Position numbers and translations under genes: made by a program. Under the pieces are notes generated by a model. It ran no database searches. It was not told where the DNA came from and saw nothing but the letters and a program-made list of their open reading frames with translations. This document shows positions 1 to 10,719 of a stretch of DNA of 64,000 bases, piece after piece (the first letter of the stretch is position 1; each line of letters starts with the position of its first letter). Source of the stretch: Octopus vulgaris (Eukaryota); the NCBI GenBank assembly GCA_951406725.2, contig OX597816.1, positions 15,314,001 to 15,378,000 on the forward strand. The letters are read 5' to 3'.

Positions 1-37
1 ATAGATAGATAGATAGATGGATAGATAGATAGATGAA

Positions 38-79
<42 letters not shown>

Positions 80-179
80 GATGGATAGATAGATAGATAG
101 ATGATGGATAGATAGATAGATAGATGATAGATAGATAGATAGATAGATAAATTGATAGATAGATAGGCAGATAGATAGA

Positions 180-228
<49 letters not shown>

Positions 229-231
229 ATT

Positions 232-269
<38 letters not shown>

Positions 270-278
270 TAGATAGAG

Positions 279-348
<70 letters not shown>

Positions 349-488
349 AGAGAGAGAGAGAAATAGACAGATAAATAAATAGATATATGTACAGAGAGAA
401 AAATAGATAGAAAGATAGATAGATAGATGTGCAGAGAGAAAAATAGATAGATAGATGTACAGAGAGAAAGATAGATAAATAGATAGAT

Positions 489-539
<51 letters not shown>

Positions 540-566
540 GATAGATAGATAGATAGATGTATAGAG

Positions 567-609
<43 letters not shown>

Positions 610-628
610 GAGAGACAGATAGATAGAT
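1..628. repeat. Compound (GATA)n/(GA)n/(GACA)n microsatellite
   Basis: Directly visible tandem repeats. Confidence 0.97.
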
Positions 629-981
629 GAGTGTGGGATGGCACAGAAGAAAAACAAGACAAGACATTTATATTAACGAATGATGGATAGAAAAATAAAC
701 GTTTGAAATGAAAAGAGCTGAGTTTGAATTAAAGATTTGCATGAAAAAGCTTTGTGCATTATTGCAGCCTGACGTGAAAACGTAATGAAAAAGAGATCTA
801 CATTCAACAGTGTTAAGATAAGCAGCTGATATGCTGAATCCAGAAATAGTTTTGCTAAGAGTCCGACATGCAAATGGTGGCCTTGTGCCAACATAAAAGA
901 AAAAAGAGAAAAGAAAAACAAAACACGATTATCGTTATATGTTATGTTGTTGTTGGTGTTGTTATTTAGCCTCAGGTCAAC

Positions 982-1328
982 TTGTTTTATTTATTGGACT
1001 GTGGCCATGCTGGGGCTGTGGCTCGAAGGGTTTAATTGAGTAAATCAATCTCAGTGCTTATTTTGCTTTTTTTTTTTTAAGCCTGTTACTTAATTCTGTT
1101 CGTTTCATTTGCTTGCTGAACTGCTAAGTCACGGGAATGTAAACAAACTGACACCGGTTGTCAAGCAGTGGTGGGGGACAAGCACAAACACATGCGTGCA
1201 CATGCACACACACACACACTCACACACACACACTTACACACACACACACTCCCCCACACACACACACTCTCACACACACACACACTCACACACTCTCTCA
1301 CGCACACACACTCATACACACACACACA

Positions 1329-1373
<45 letters not shown>

Positions 1374-1502
1374 ACACACACACACTTACACACACACACA
1401 CTCACACACACACACACACTCACACACACACACACTCACACACACACACACTCTCACACACACACACTCATACACACACACACTCATACACACACACACA
1501 CA

Positions 1503-1551
<49 letters not shown>

Positions 1552-1710
1552 ACATAAACATATATGTTGGGCTTATTTCAGTCTCTGTCTACCCCTAACC
1601 CATTCACAAGGCTTTGGTCAGCCCAGAGCTAGCTATAGTAGAAGACATGTACTCAAGGTGCCATGCAGTGGGACTGAACCAAAATCCACTTAGTTGGGAA
1701 GTAAGCTTCT
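982..1710 (-). mobile_element. SINE family A (tRNA-derived), diverged copy with greatly expanded internal (CA)n tract
   Basis: Matches copies at 2187, 12633, 24574 and 48129 (gtggccatgctgg...ggttgtcaagc...[microsatellite]...cacaaggctttgg...gggactgaacc). Internal CA-rich tract at about 1185-1560. Confidence 0.85.
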
Positions 1711-1804
1711 GAAAGCATCTACTTTTAAAAAGTTTGTTTGGTTAAAGAAAAGAGACTGAGCTTATTGCTTTCACATTTGCTTCTGAGACTGATGAAATAC
1801 ATAA

Positions 1805-2010
1805 CAGATGAGCTGGCTGAACCATTAACACATCGGACAAAATGCTTAGCAGTATTTCTTTTGCCTCTTTTTATTCTGAGTTCAAATCCTGTCAACGGTC
1901 AACTATGCTTTTCGTCTCTTAGGAGTTGGTAAAATAAAATACCAGTCAAGTACTGGGGTAAGTGTGATTGACTTGTCCCCTTTCTCTCAAAATTGCTGTC
2001 TTTGAACCTT
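1805..2010 (+). mobile_element. SINE family B (Meta-like), old copy
   Basis: gagctggctgaacc...aaatgcttagcagtattt...ttctgagttcaaat...taccagtcaagtactgggg aligns by eye with 19116. Confidence 0.7.
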
Positions 2011-2115
2011 GCAATGAACTGGTGTCCCTTTCAGAGAGAATGTTGGGATCTTGGTATACCATAGGAACTGGGTAATTGGCCATATGAACCACGGGGGTCA
2101 AGAAAATTAATATTC

Positions 2116-2159
<44 letters not shown>

Positions 2160-2186
2160 GTGTGTGTGTGTGTGTATGTGTATATA

Positions 2187-2597
2187 CTCTTTTACTCTCT
2201 CTTTTACTTGTTTCAGTCATTTGACTGTGGGCATGCTGGAGCACCACCTTTTGTTGAGCACATTGAACCCTGGACTTATTCTTTGTAAGCCTAGTACTTA
2301 TTCTATTGGTCACTTTTGCTGAACTGCTAAGTTACAAGGATGTAAACACACCAGCATTGGTTGTCAAATGATGTTGGGGGACAAATACAGACACACAAAC
2401 ATATAGACACACACATACATATATATATATATACATACGACGGGCTTCTTTCCGTTTCCATCTACCAAATCCACTCACAAGACTTTGGTTAGCCCAAGGC
2501 TATAGTAGAAGACACTTGCCAAAGGTACCATGCAGTAGGACTGAACCCGGAACCATGTAGTTCATAAGCAAGCTACATACCACACAGCCACTCCTAC
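2187..2597 (-). mobile_element. SINE family A, full length
   Basis: Minus strand begins aggagtggctgtgtgg (A-box-like) and contains ggttcagtcc (B-box-like) followed by ttgggcaagtgtctt. Ends in an agtaaaag repeat tail. Confidence 0.9.
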
Positions 2598-2654
2598 ATA
2601 TATATATATACTGTGGATAACATAACAAATTGTTTATGCTTTTGTTCCATTATA

Positions 2655-3080
2655 CATACATACAGTGTATGCCTATATGTAAGTATGTATGTATGTATGC
2701 ATGCATGTATGTATGTATGCATGAATGTATTATGTATTTATGTATGTATGTATGCATGCATGCGTGTATGTATGCATGTATGTATGCTTGTATGCATGCT
2801 TGTATGTATGTATATTTGTATGCATGTATGTATATCTGTTTGTATGTATGCATGCATGCACGTATGTATGTATGCATGTATGTATATATGTATGTATGTT
2901 TATATCTTTCTTTGTATGTTTGTATGTACACATTAAATAGTACAGCCTTTAAATATATATACATATACATATATACAAATACATAAATACATATATACAA
3001 ATACATAAATACATATACATACATACATACATACATACATACATACATACATACACATATACATATATGTGTGCGTGTGT
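2655..3080. repeat. Degenerate (TATG)n/(CATA)n microsatellite
   Basis: Visible tandem repeats; explains the overlapping low-complexity ORFs. Confidence 0.93.
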
Positions 3081-3926
3081 ATAGGGCTGTACTATTTAAT
3101 GTGCACCTCCTTTACATTTCCTATTATGATGATAGGAGGACTGTTCATAACATCATGTCGAGTACCACTTGGAGGCACTCTTCATTAACTAAAACTCATT
3201 CTCTTATTTCCGATCGATGGTTAGAATTTTTATCAATTATAATTGTGTAAGATACTCGTCCGAGGATGTCTTACAGAATTATATCTCGGAGGGGAAAATG
3301 AGTTTAAAACTCACAGTGTTTCCGTATAACTAAGGAATTACATTTATTTTCAATTCGACTTTAGCCAAAGGATAAACATTTTCTAATTAAAAATGTCAAC
3401 ATGTTTGACGTTCGAAGAGTGGGAAGAGGAAGCCATTAGAGTTGTGGTTGCAGTAACGCCGAAGCCATCGTCTGCTTAGGAAAATTTGTAGAAATTTTTT
3501 TTTTATAAATGAATGATTGAATTATTTAATAAAAGACAAAGAAACTTTTACTTTTTCATAAGATTTTTCAGTGAATAATAACAATAAATGTGTCGGTGTC
3601 AATTCTAAAAACAGCAGTTATAGTACGGTGCAAGACATCATTTAGGCAGAACCACCATAAACAAAGGCAACAAACCGTCACCATCTACAACAGCAAGAGT
3701 CAAAACAACATCAATAACAGAGGTAAGAAAAAGGAAAATGCGAAGGAAATTAATGTAATGGACGGTGGAAAAGGTAGAAAAAAAACTAACGTCAATAAAA
3801 CTCGCAATAAAAGGTTGAATTTGTGGGCAATAAAAGTCAAACGAAATAAGTGATGCCATCTTCAACATCAACAATGAAGAAGCAGAAACAAACAACAATT
3901 GCGCTAATAATAGTAATGAACATAGC

Positions 3927-4797
3927 AACAAGATGAAGAAGAACATATCAGTAATGTCAATAATAAAATATACGACATCAACATTAAGAAATGAAACCGT
4001 TTTGTCTGAGCTACCGAGGACCGGGCCTGAATATTCCACTCCAGTTTACAAAGATGAAAGGTAAGTGAAACTTTAAAATAGAGTCCTGGGATGGGTAATG
4101 GGCGATCTTTCGGTACAAGTACCATAACTGCCAAGTCTGTTTGTTTACATTTGAAGAAGAAGATCGTCACTTTCCGTAAAGTGCTTTCTTATATATATAT
4201 GTATATGTGGGGTTAGGGTTTGGGTTAGGGTTAGAATTAGGGTTTGGGTTAGGGTTAGGATTAGGGTCTGTACCGTAAGATCGCCGGGTAATGCTTCCTA
4301 ACGGGATGAGTTGAATCGTTTATTAAGATACACAGTCCATTTCTTTATTAACCATGAGGTTGAGAAAAAGAGGGGACGATACGAGGATAGACAAAACAAA
4401 TATTGGGGTCAGGGTATCGAATGAGACGAAAAGTATGAATAAACAAGATTAAAGAAGAACATATCAGTAATGTCAATAATAACACATACGACATCAACAT
4501 TAAGAAATGAAACCGTTTTGTCTGAGCTACCGAGGAGCGGGCCTGAAATTCCACTTCAGTTTACAAAGATGAAAGGTAAGTGAAACTTTAAAACAGAGTC
4601 CTGGGATGGGTAATGGGCGATCTTTCGGTACAAGTACCATAACTGCCAAGTCTGTTTGTTTACATTTGAAGAAGAAGATCGTCACTTTCCGTAAAGTGCT
4701 TTCTTATATATAAGAAAAAGAGGGGACGATACGAGGACAGACAAAACAGACATTGGGGTCAGGATATCGAATAAGACGAAAGGTATGAATAAACAAA
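3927..4797 (+). repeat. Local tandem duplication with structure A-x-B-A'-B'
   Basis: 3941-4197 is repeated at 4457-4712 (offset 516); 4362-4446 is repeated at about 4712-4797. Confidence 0.9.
4101..4285. mobile_element. MITE with 17-bp TIR and 8-bp TSD (Merlin-like), internal TTAGGG-like repeats
   Basis: TIR GGCGATCTTTCGGTACA / TGTACCGTAAGATCGCC (1 mismatch). TSD GGGTAATG at 4093-4100 and 4286-4293. Confidence 0.8.
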
Positions 4798-4802
4798 CAA
4801 AA

Positions 4803-4957
4803 TTATTTCTTTACTATCCACAAGGGGCTACACACAGAGGGGACAAACAAGGACAGATAAAGGGATTAAGTCGATCACATCGACCCCAGTGCTTAACTGG
4901 CACTTAATTTAATCGACCCCGAAAGGATGAAAGGCAAAGTCGACCTCGGCGGAATTA
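4803..4957 (-). mobile_element. SINE family B, 5'-truncated
   Basis: Reverse complement of the family B body and tail (tatttctttac...cacaagggg...cgaccccgaaaggatgaaaggcaaagtcgacc). Confidence 0.85.
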
Positions 4958-5096
4958 AATATATACAATTAAATGAGAATGAGTGATTTACAAAAAATGA
5001 AGCGGAGTTCGTCGGTGAGTTACTAAATATATAAACAGAAAAAGAGAAAAAGAAGAGGATGAAAAATTGGTGTCGGTATAGGGTGCTTTATATCTA

Positions 5097-5323
5097 TTTC
5101 TTTACTACTCACAAGGGGCTTAACATAGAAGGGACAAACAAGGACAGACATAGGTATTAAGTTGATTACATCGACCCCAGTGCGTAACAGGTACTTAATT
5201 TATCGACCCCGAAAGGATGAAAGGCAAAGTCGACCTCGGCGGAATTGGAACTCACAACGTTGCGACAGACGAAATACCGCATAGTATTTCGCCCGGCGTG
5301 CTAGCATTTCTGCCAGCTCGCCA
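5097..5323 (-). mobile_element. SINE family B, full length
   Basis: Full head (ctgccagctcgcc) to tail; short flanking repeat atatcta. Confidence 0.9.
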
Positions 5324-5393
5324 TATCTAGCCATTTACATTTTAGTGCGCAGTCTAACACTAACCCTAATCTTAACCCAGATCAGGTCATTCC

Positions 5394-5647
5394 GGTACTA
5401 CTTAAAAAGAGTGGTCCCGGTGCACGCACTCGCATACTCGCGCATCCGCGCTAGCTAGTCGTGACTAGTCGATCCTACAACGACTACCAAGCAAAGTATA
5501 TAAAACACAAAATAAATATTTGTTTTTACACAAAATAAATAATTGTTTTAAACAAAATAAATAAAACAAAGACACAAAGTAAGGATCGACTAGTCACGAC
5601 TAGCGAGCATGGATGCACGAGTGCGCACACTCTTCTTAAGTAGTACC
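5394..5647. mobile_element. MITE with long TIRs (GGTACTACTTAA...), copy 1
   Basis: Long inverted arms around an A-rich core. Degenerate 9-bp flanks ggtcattcc / gatcatttt. Same family as 6685. Confidence 0.85.
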
Positions 5648-5899
5648 GATCATTTTATAGTGTAGACTACAAGATACTACGATGGACCGCACGAAAAACC
5701 TTTCTCCTGTGCATGGAGAAAAGTGGTGGCTTTTTAACCATGAACGTCTTTGATTCCTTTTTAACTTTACTGGACCTCCATCGTTATTTGATGTTTTAAA
5801 TAAAATCAATCATTTTTATTATTAAATACTATTAGAAATTGTATAAGATAAGTGTTGAAATATTTTTAGTATTGTAGAAGTATATGAATTATTTTATTT

Positions 5900-6217
5900 T
5901 ATTTTATTTTATTTATGCGCCCTTTTCAAACCTAGCCAGGCTCATGGGCCCGGTTTCCCGGTTTCTGTAGCGTATGTGCTCCTCCCAGTTGGACGGGACG
6001 CCAGTCAATCGCAGCGTAACTCAAGAAGCAGGAAGAGAGAGTGAGAGAAAGTCGGGGCGAAAGAGTACAACAGGGGTCACCACCACCCCCTGCCGGAGCC
6101 TCGTGGAGCTTTAGGTGTTTTCGCTCAATAAACACACACAACGCCCGGTCTGGGAATCGAAACCGCGATCCTCCGACCGCGAGTCCGCTGCCCTAACCAC
6201 TGGGTCATTGCGCCTCC
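5900..6217 (-). mobile_element. SINE family C head with V-domain-like tail (tail T2)
   Basis: Minus strand: ggaggcgcaatgacccagtgg...gtttcgattcc head, then gcgattgactggcgtcccgtcca...gaaaccgggaaaccgggcccatgagcc and an (AAAAT)n tail. Confidence 0.85.
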
Positions 6218-6567
6218 ATATATGTGTTTTATTGCTCATAAATTTTAACAACAGAATCCGATATGGTCCCCACAAGGACCAAATGGACCCCGGTCGGGAA
6301 CCACAGCGCTCAACAATGAAAATAGCTTGCATGAACGGAAACCTTATTCTGAAATGAGGAAGATGGAGAAAAATAAACACACAAAAAAAATATTCCTCTA
6401 AGCTATGTGTTACTGAGGAATTAAACTTAATCTTATTTAATGGGTCATCGCTCGATCAAATGGGCGATTGATAACCTGCCATCAAGCTTAGATCAGTGGA
6501 TTTTGGTGACGATGATTTCATGAGCAATGTCTAGAAACCGAATAGAGATGCTTTTCTTTTATCAATG

Positions 6568-7075
6568 ATTTGTTTCAGTCAATGGACAGCGGCTTTGCTG
6601 GAGCAACACAATGAAAGTATTTCATACGAACGAATCGATCCTAGTACTTATGTTTTTTTTTCTTTTTAACTCTAAAACTTATTCGGTACTACTTAAGAAG
6701 AGTGGTCCCGGTGCGTGCACTCGCGTACTCGCGCATCCGCGCTAGCTAGTCGTGACTAGTCGATCCTTACTTTGTGTTTTTGTGTTTTATTTACTTTTTT
6801 TGAGAAATTATTTACTTCGTGTTATTGTGTTTTATTTACTTTGTTTTAAAAAAATGATTTACTTTGTGTAAAAAAAAAATTATTTTGTGTTTTATTTACT
6901 TTGCTAGGTAGTCGTTGTAGGATCGACTAGTCACGACTAGTTAGCGTGGATGCGTGAGTACGCGTGTGCGGCGCACCGGGACCACTCTTCTTAAGTAGTA
7001 CCAACTTATTCTATCTATTCTTTGACGAACCGCTAAGCTGTGGGGTAAACGAATCAACACCAATTGTCAAGCAGT
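6568..7075 (-). mobile_element. SINE family A fragment interrupted by a MITE
   Basis: Family A tail sequence continues on both sides of the 6685-7002 insertion. Confidence 0.7.
6685..7002. mobile_element. MITE with ~90-bp TIRs and 9-bp TSD (Merlin- or Mutator-like), copy 2
   Basis: Ends GGTACTACTTAAGAAGAGTGGTCCCGGTGC...GCACCGGGACCACTCTTCTTAAGTAGTACC. Perfect TSD AACTTATTC at 6676-6684 and 7003-7011. Confidence 0.9.
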
Positions 7076-7211
7076 GTGTGTGTGTGCATGCGAGACAAAC
7101 ACACAGACACACGCGCGTGCGCACGCACATATATGTATGTATGTATGTGTGTATGTGTATGTGTGCATGTGTGTGTATGTATGTGTGTATGTGTGTGTGC
7201 GCACACACACA

Positions 7212-7479
7212 TATTGGTGTCTGGAGAGAGTCGTTCTTTTAATGCCTTATTAACACACACACACCGGTTCGATTTCCACTCGTTTACTTAATTCTTTTTG
7301 TCTAAAATTTTCGTTGCGTCTTGCAACCTTTTCAATAGTCGTTGACTCTGTCCATTATCGGAGCTGCAAGATGCAACGAAAATTTTAGAAAAAGTAAATT
7401 AGAAAATGAGTGGAAATCGAACCGGTAAGTGTGTTAAATAATAAGGCACTAAAGAGAATGCCTCGCTCCAGACACAATA
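7212..7479. repeat. Fold-back inverted repeat (Penelope-like inverted terminal repeat candidate)
   Basis: 7212-7325 is the imperfect reverse complement of 7365-7479. The arm is homologous to 46105-46230 and 48949-49075. Confidence 0.85.
7302..7338 (-). ncRNA. Minimal type-I hammerhead ribozyme candidate, U3-A8 core variant
   Basis: Minus strand CUA-UUGAAAA-G-GUUGC(AAGAC)GCAAC-GAAA-AU-UU^UAG; identical to 48949-48985. Confidence 0.6.
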
Positions 7480-8195
7480 AAATATGGTTCAACACACAAA
7501 TTCACATAAAGAATCTTGCAAATCAAATACAGAAACGAAATATATTTTCTTTGTTTCAACATCCACGGAAATAGCAACTTCTCTCTCTCTCTATCTTTTT
7601 ATATATGTATATTTGAATTTGCCGCCAGGCAGACACGTGTTGAAACCTGTTAAGGAAGTTTAGCTTCCTTTCACTCTTGTTATATATCTATATATATAAA
7701 ACTCAACTTGTGTGTCTGTGTGTGTATCTGTGTGTGTGTCTGTGTCTGTGTGTTTAACTTCCCGGCACATCTCCTCCTAGCCAACAAATCGTAGAACCAC
7801 AAAAAATGGGTCACTTAAAGTTTAGGCGAATGAAAATTGAACTGCGCTATTTCTGTTCCGAAATTCATCTCGCAAGTGCAAAAATCGATAATGTGTTTGT
7901 TTAGGCCTTATCCCATGCATTGAATAGTGAACTTTACTCAGTCAGCTGTTTGATGTGCACTGTGTTCACCACGCGTGCAAGCATGCGTAAATTGCATGAA
8001 AAATAAAAAAAAATCAAGATATAAAAACGAATCGCCGTAAACATTGTAGAAATTCGGCAAAGAAATGAATTTTCGGGATGTATATATTGTTTGTTATTTA
8101 TGTATTGGTTTATGTCTATCACTGTTTGAGTTGCATAATAGTGGTTTTATCTCTAATTTATATTATATATATATATATATATATAAACCCCCCCT

Positions 8196-8253
<58 letters not shown>

Positions 8254-8786
8254 GAAGGGGTTCTTTCAGTTTACGTCTACCAAATCTATTCACGAGGCTG
8301 GAAGATGGTAGGGGTACACTCTCTTGCTTGCAATATATGTCGGGTGCAGATTGCATCGATAACCAGCTGGGCGAGAGTCCTACTGGGATTAAAATGATAA
8401 TAACATCAGTTCCCACGGAATAGCCATGTTGAAATGGCGATAAACATCACTTTTCAGTATAGTTACTGCTTTAGTCTCCTATAGAGATTTTCTAACTAGC
8501 TTCTTTGCTTCTTATAATTAAAACTTTTCACCATATATTGACCATAGAAAATAATCTAATACCAGGGGATATAAATCCTCGACGGGAAATAATGGAGATT
8601 AGTACACGCGGGAATCGATTCCTATGCGAACTAATGCCAATTTTTTCTTTTCAGTCTGGGGTTTATATATCCTAGTATTGTATTAAACAATTCGTTGTAG
8701 TCGATGTACGGTGAAAACTAATTAATTATATTTACAAAATTTCCACTCGTTACCGTTTCTTAACTTAGGCAATATATATATGCTGC

Positions 8787-8821
<35 letters not shown>

Positions 8822-8830
8822 TGTGTGTCT

Positions 8831-9199
8831 GGAGGCGCAATGGCCCAGTGGTTAGGGCAGCGGACTCGCGGTTTCGATTCCCAGACCGGGTGTTGTGAGT
8901 GTTTATTGAACGAAAACACGTAAAGCTCCACGATGCTCCGGCAGGGGATGGGTGGCGAACCCTGCTGTACTCTTTCACCACAACTTTCACTTGGTCTTTC
9001 TTCCTGTTTCTATTGTATCTGTATTTCAAAGGGCCAGCCTTATCACACTCTGTGTCACGCTGAATCTCCCCGAGAACTATGTTAAGGGTACACGTGTCTG
9101 TGGAGTGCTCAGCCACTTGCACATTAATTTCACGAGCAGGCTGGTCCGTTGATAGGATCAACTGGAACCCTCGTCGTCGTAACCGACGGATTTCCACAA

Positions 9200-9200
<1 letters not shown>
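8831..9200 (+). mobile_element. SINE family C (tRNA-derived head, tail T1)
   Basis: A-box TGGCCCAGTGG, B-box GTTTCGATTCC, tail ...gttaagggtacacgtgtctgtggagtgctcag...gtaaccgacgg. Confidence 0.9.
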
Positions 9201-9243
<43 letters not shown>

Positions 9244-9697
9244 AAGGCGACGCCAGGTCATCAGCATCACTAGGGCTCACCACAGAGTTTGTATTAGACA
9301 CATGCCTGCTCGAAGAATTTTACGTTTTACCGCAATATATTTAGCCCCAAATGGTTTATTATTTTATATCAAGCACTATGTCATTCTCCATTTCTAAGGG
9401 TAAAAATAAAGCAAACCTGCAAAACACAACTGATCTTTACACGCAGACGCACAGAATAACAGCAATCAAATAACAACAGCGGAGTACACAGCAAACATCA
9501 GCGATCTGACTGTCGTCTACACCTGCCAGGTTCGTTCCTATTAGTCCGAGTTGCTGGATTATTTTCCGTTCCTTTAAGAATATTGTAGAACGGAAACATT
9601 TCATAGATTGGAATTTCAATCCTAATCTCTATAGAAATTGTTTGTTTCAAAAAAACATTGAATTTGAATTACTTTTAATTTGTATGATTATAGGTAA

Positions 9698-10338
9698 GTT
9701 TCTTTATTGGCCACACAGGGCTGCACACAGATGGGACAAGTTACAAGGTAGAGCTTTTCTTTTGGGGGATGAAGAGAAAAAAAACAAAAGAAAAAAAAAA
9801 GGGGTGGCGTAGGTTTTCGATCAAGAGGGATCGTAAAAGGGAAGAAAAGAACAAAAAAAAATAAATGAAATAAAAAATAAAAAAGAAAAAGAAAAAAAGA
9901 AAAGGAAAAGAAACAAAAGAAAAGAGAAATGAAAAAAGAAGAAAAAAGGGGAAAAAAAGGGGAAGAGGAAAAAAAAACGATCAATAGGGATCGTGTATCA
10001 TAGTGTTATGATATATGGTGTAAAGGGGAAAGCAAGTAAGGTTTATCCGTGGGAAGAAAAGCCTACGAAAAAGACCACGGTAACCTTGGTCAATATTGTT
10101 ATATGTTACCACATTTGTTTGCAAGTGGGTAACCCTCTGATTTCAATTTCTGGGTTCATAGGATTATGCTCAAGGTGGCTTCGTCATTCATACGTGCCAT
10201 CCTTGCTACATTCACCCATCTTTTTTTAAAACATTCGCTAGACAAAACTTGCCTCTCTACTCTCACTTTCCTTTTCAAGTGGTACTTGAAGAAGTTGATG
10301 AGAGATTGACCAGAGAGGAAAGTGTTTGTCTCCAATCC
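9698..10338 (-). mobile_element. 5'-truncated LINE 3' end (Tx1/L1-clade-like ORF2 C-terminus and 3'UTR)
   Basis: 15-bp TSD TATGATTATAGGTAA at 9683-9697 and 10339-10353. Minus-strand peptide ...FKYHLKRKVRVERQVLSSECFKKRW...SIIL* (stop 10156) resembles Tx1-type ORF2 ends. T-rich UTR ends in aataaagaaac. Confidence 0.7.
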
Positions 10339-10545
10339 TATGATTATAGGTAACAACTCGGGTTGAAACTTCTGAGCCCGAGTCAGGCGCGAATGAACGA
10401 TGTCGAGAGAACGTCTGCCACGAATGATATTTTTTGACGAAAGGCACCAGTTTTATGAAGCTTTTCTATCGTGGGCGTTCAGAGCTCGAAATAGGGAATA
10501 ATTAACAGTCGACAACTGAGGAGGGGTTAGACTTCTTTTGGTATT

Positions 10546-10705
10546 TTGTCCCATACTTGTCACTCATAATGTGCTTACGTACTTTTTACTCATTGACGAT
10601 GTCCTGTTCTTACTGTATATTTTGTGCTAGTTTGTCCTGTACTTATCGCTCATGTGTTTACGTATTTTTCACTCGTTGGTGATGTCCTGTACTTTATGCA
10701 TTATA
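10546..10705 (+). repeat. Two-unit ~87-bp direct repeat
   Basis: ttgtcc..tactt.tc.ctcat...gtg.ttacgta.tttt.actc...gatgtcctgt occurs twice. Confidence 0.7.
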
Positions 10706-10719
10706 TATATATATATATA

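Noticed and set aside
673-921. 82-aa minus-strand ORF in unique sequence
   Set aside because: No recognisable domain or convincing splice context.
1109-1693. Long His/Thr-rich ORFs (also the YI-, CV-, poly-L and poly-N ORFs elsewhere)
   Set aside because: Translations of CA, TA, TATG and trinucleotide microsatellites; open in several frames.
4210-4267. Interstitial telomere or chromosome fusion scar
   Set aside because: Short, imperfect and contained within a TIR/TSD-bounded MITE.
7687-8200. Helitron-like 5' end (also near 44700)
   Set aside because: No matching hairpin-CTAG 3' end found, so boundaries are unsupported.
10430-10530. Hammerhead-like words (ttgacgaaag, ctcgaaata, ctgaggag)
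   Set aside because: Could not build consistent stems I-III.
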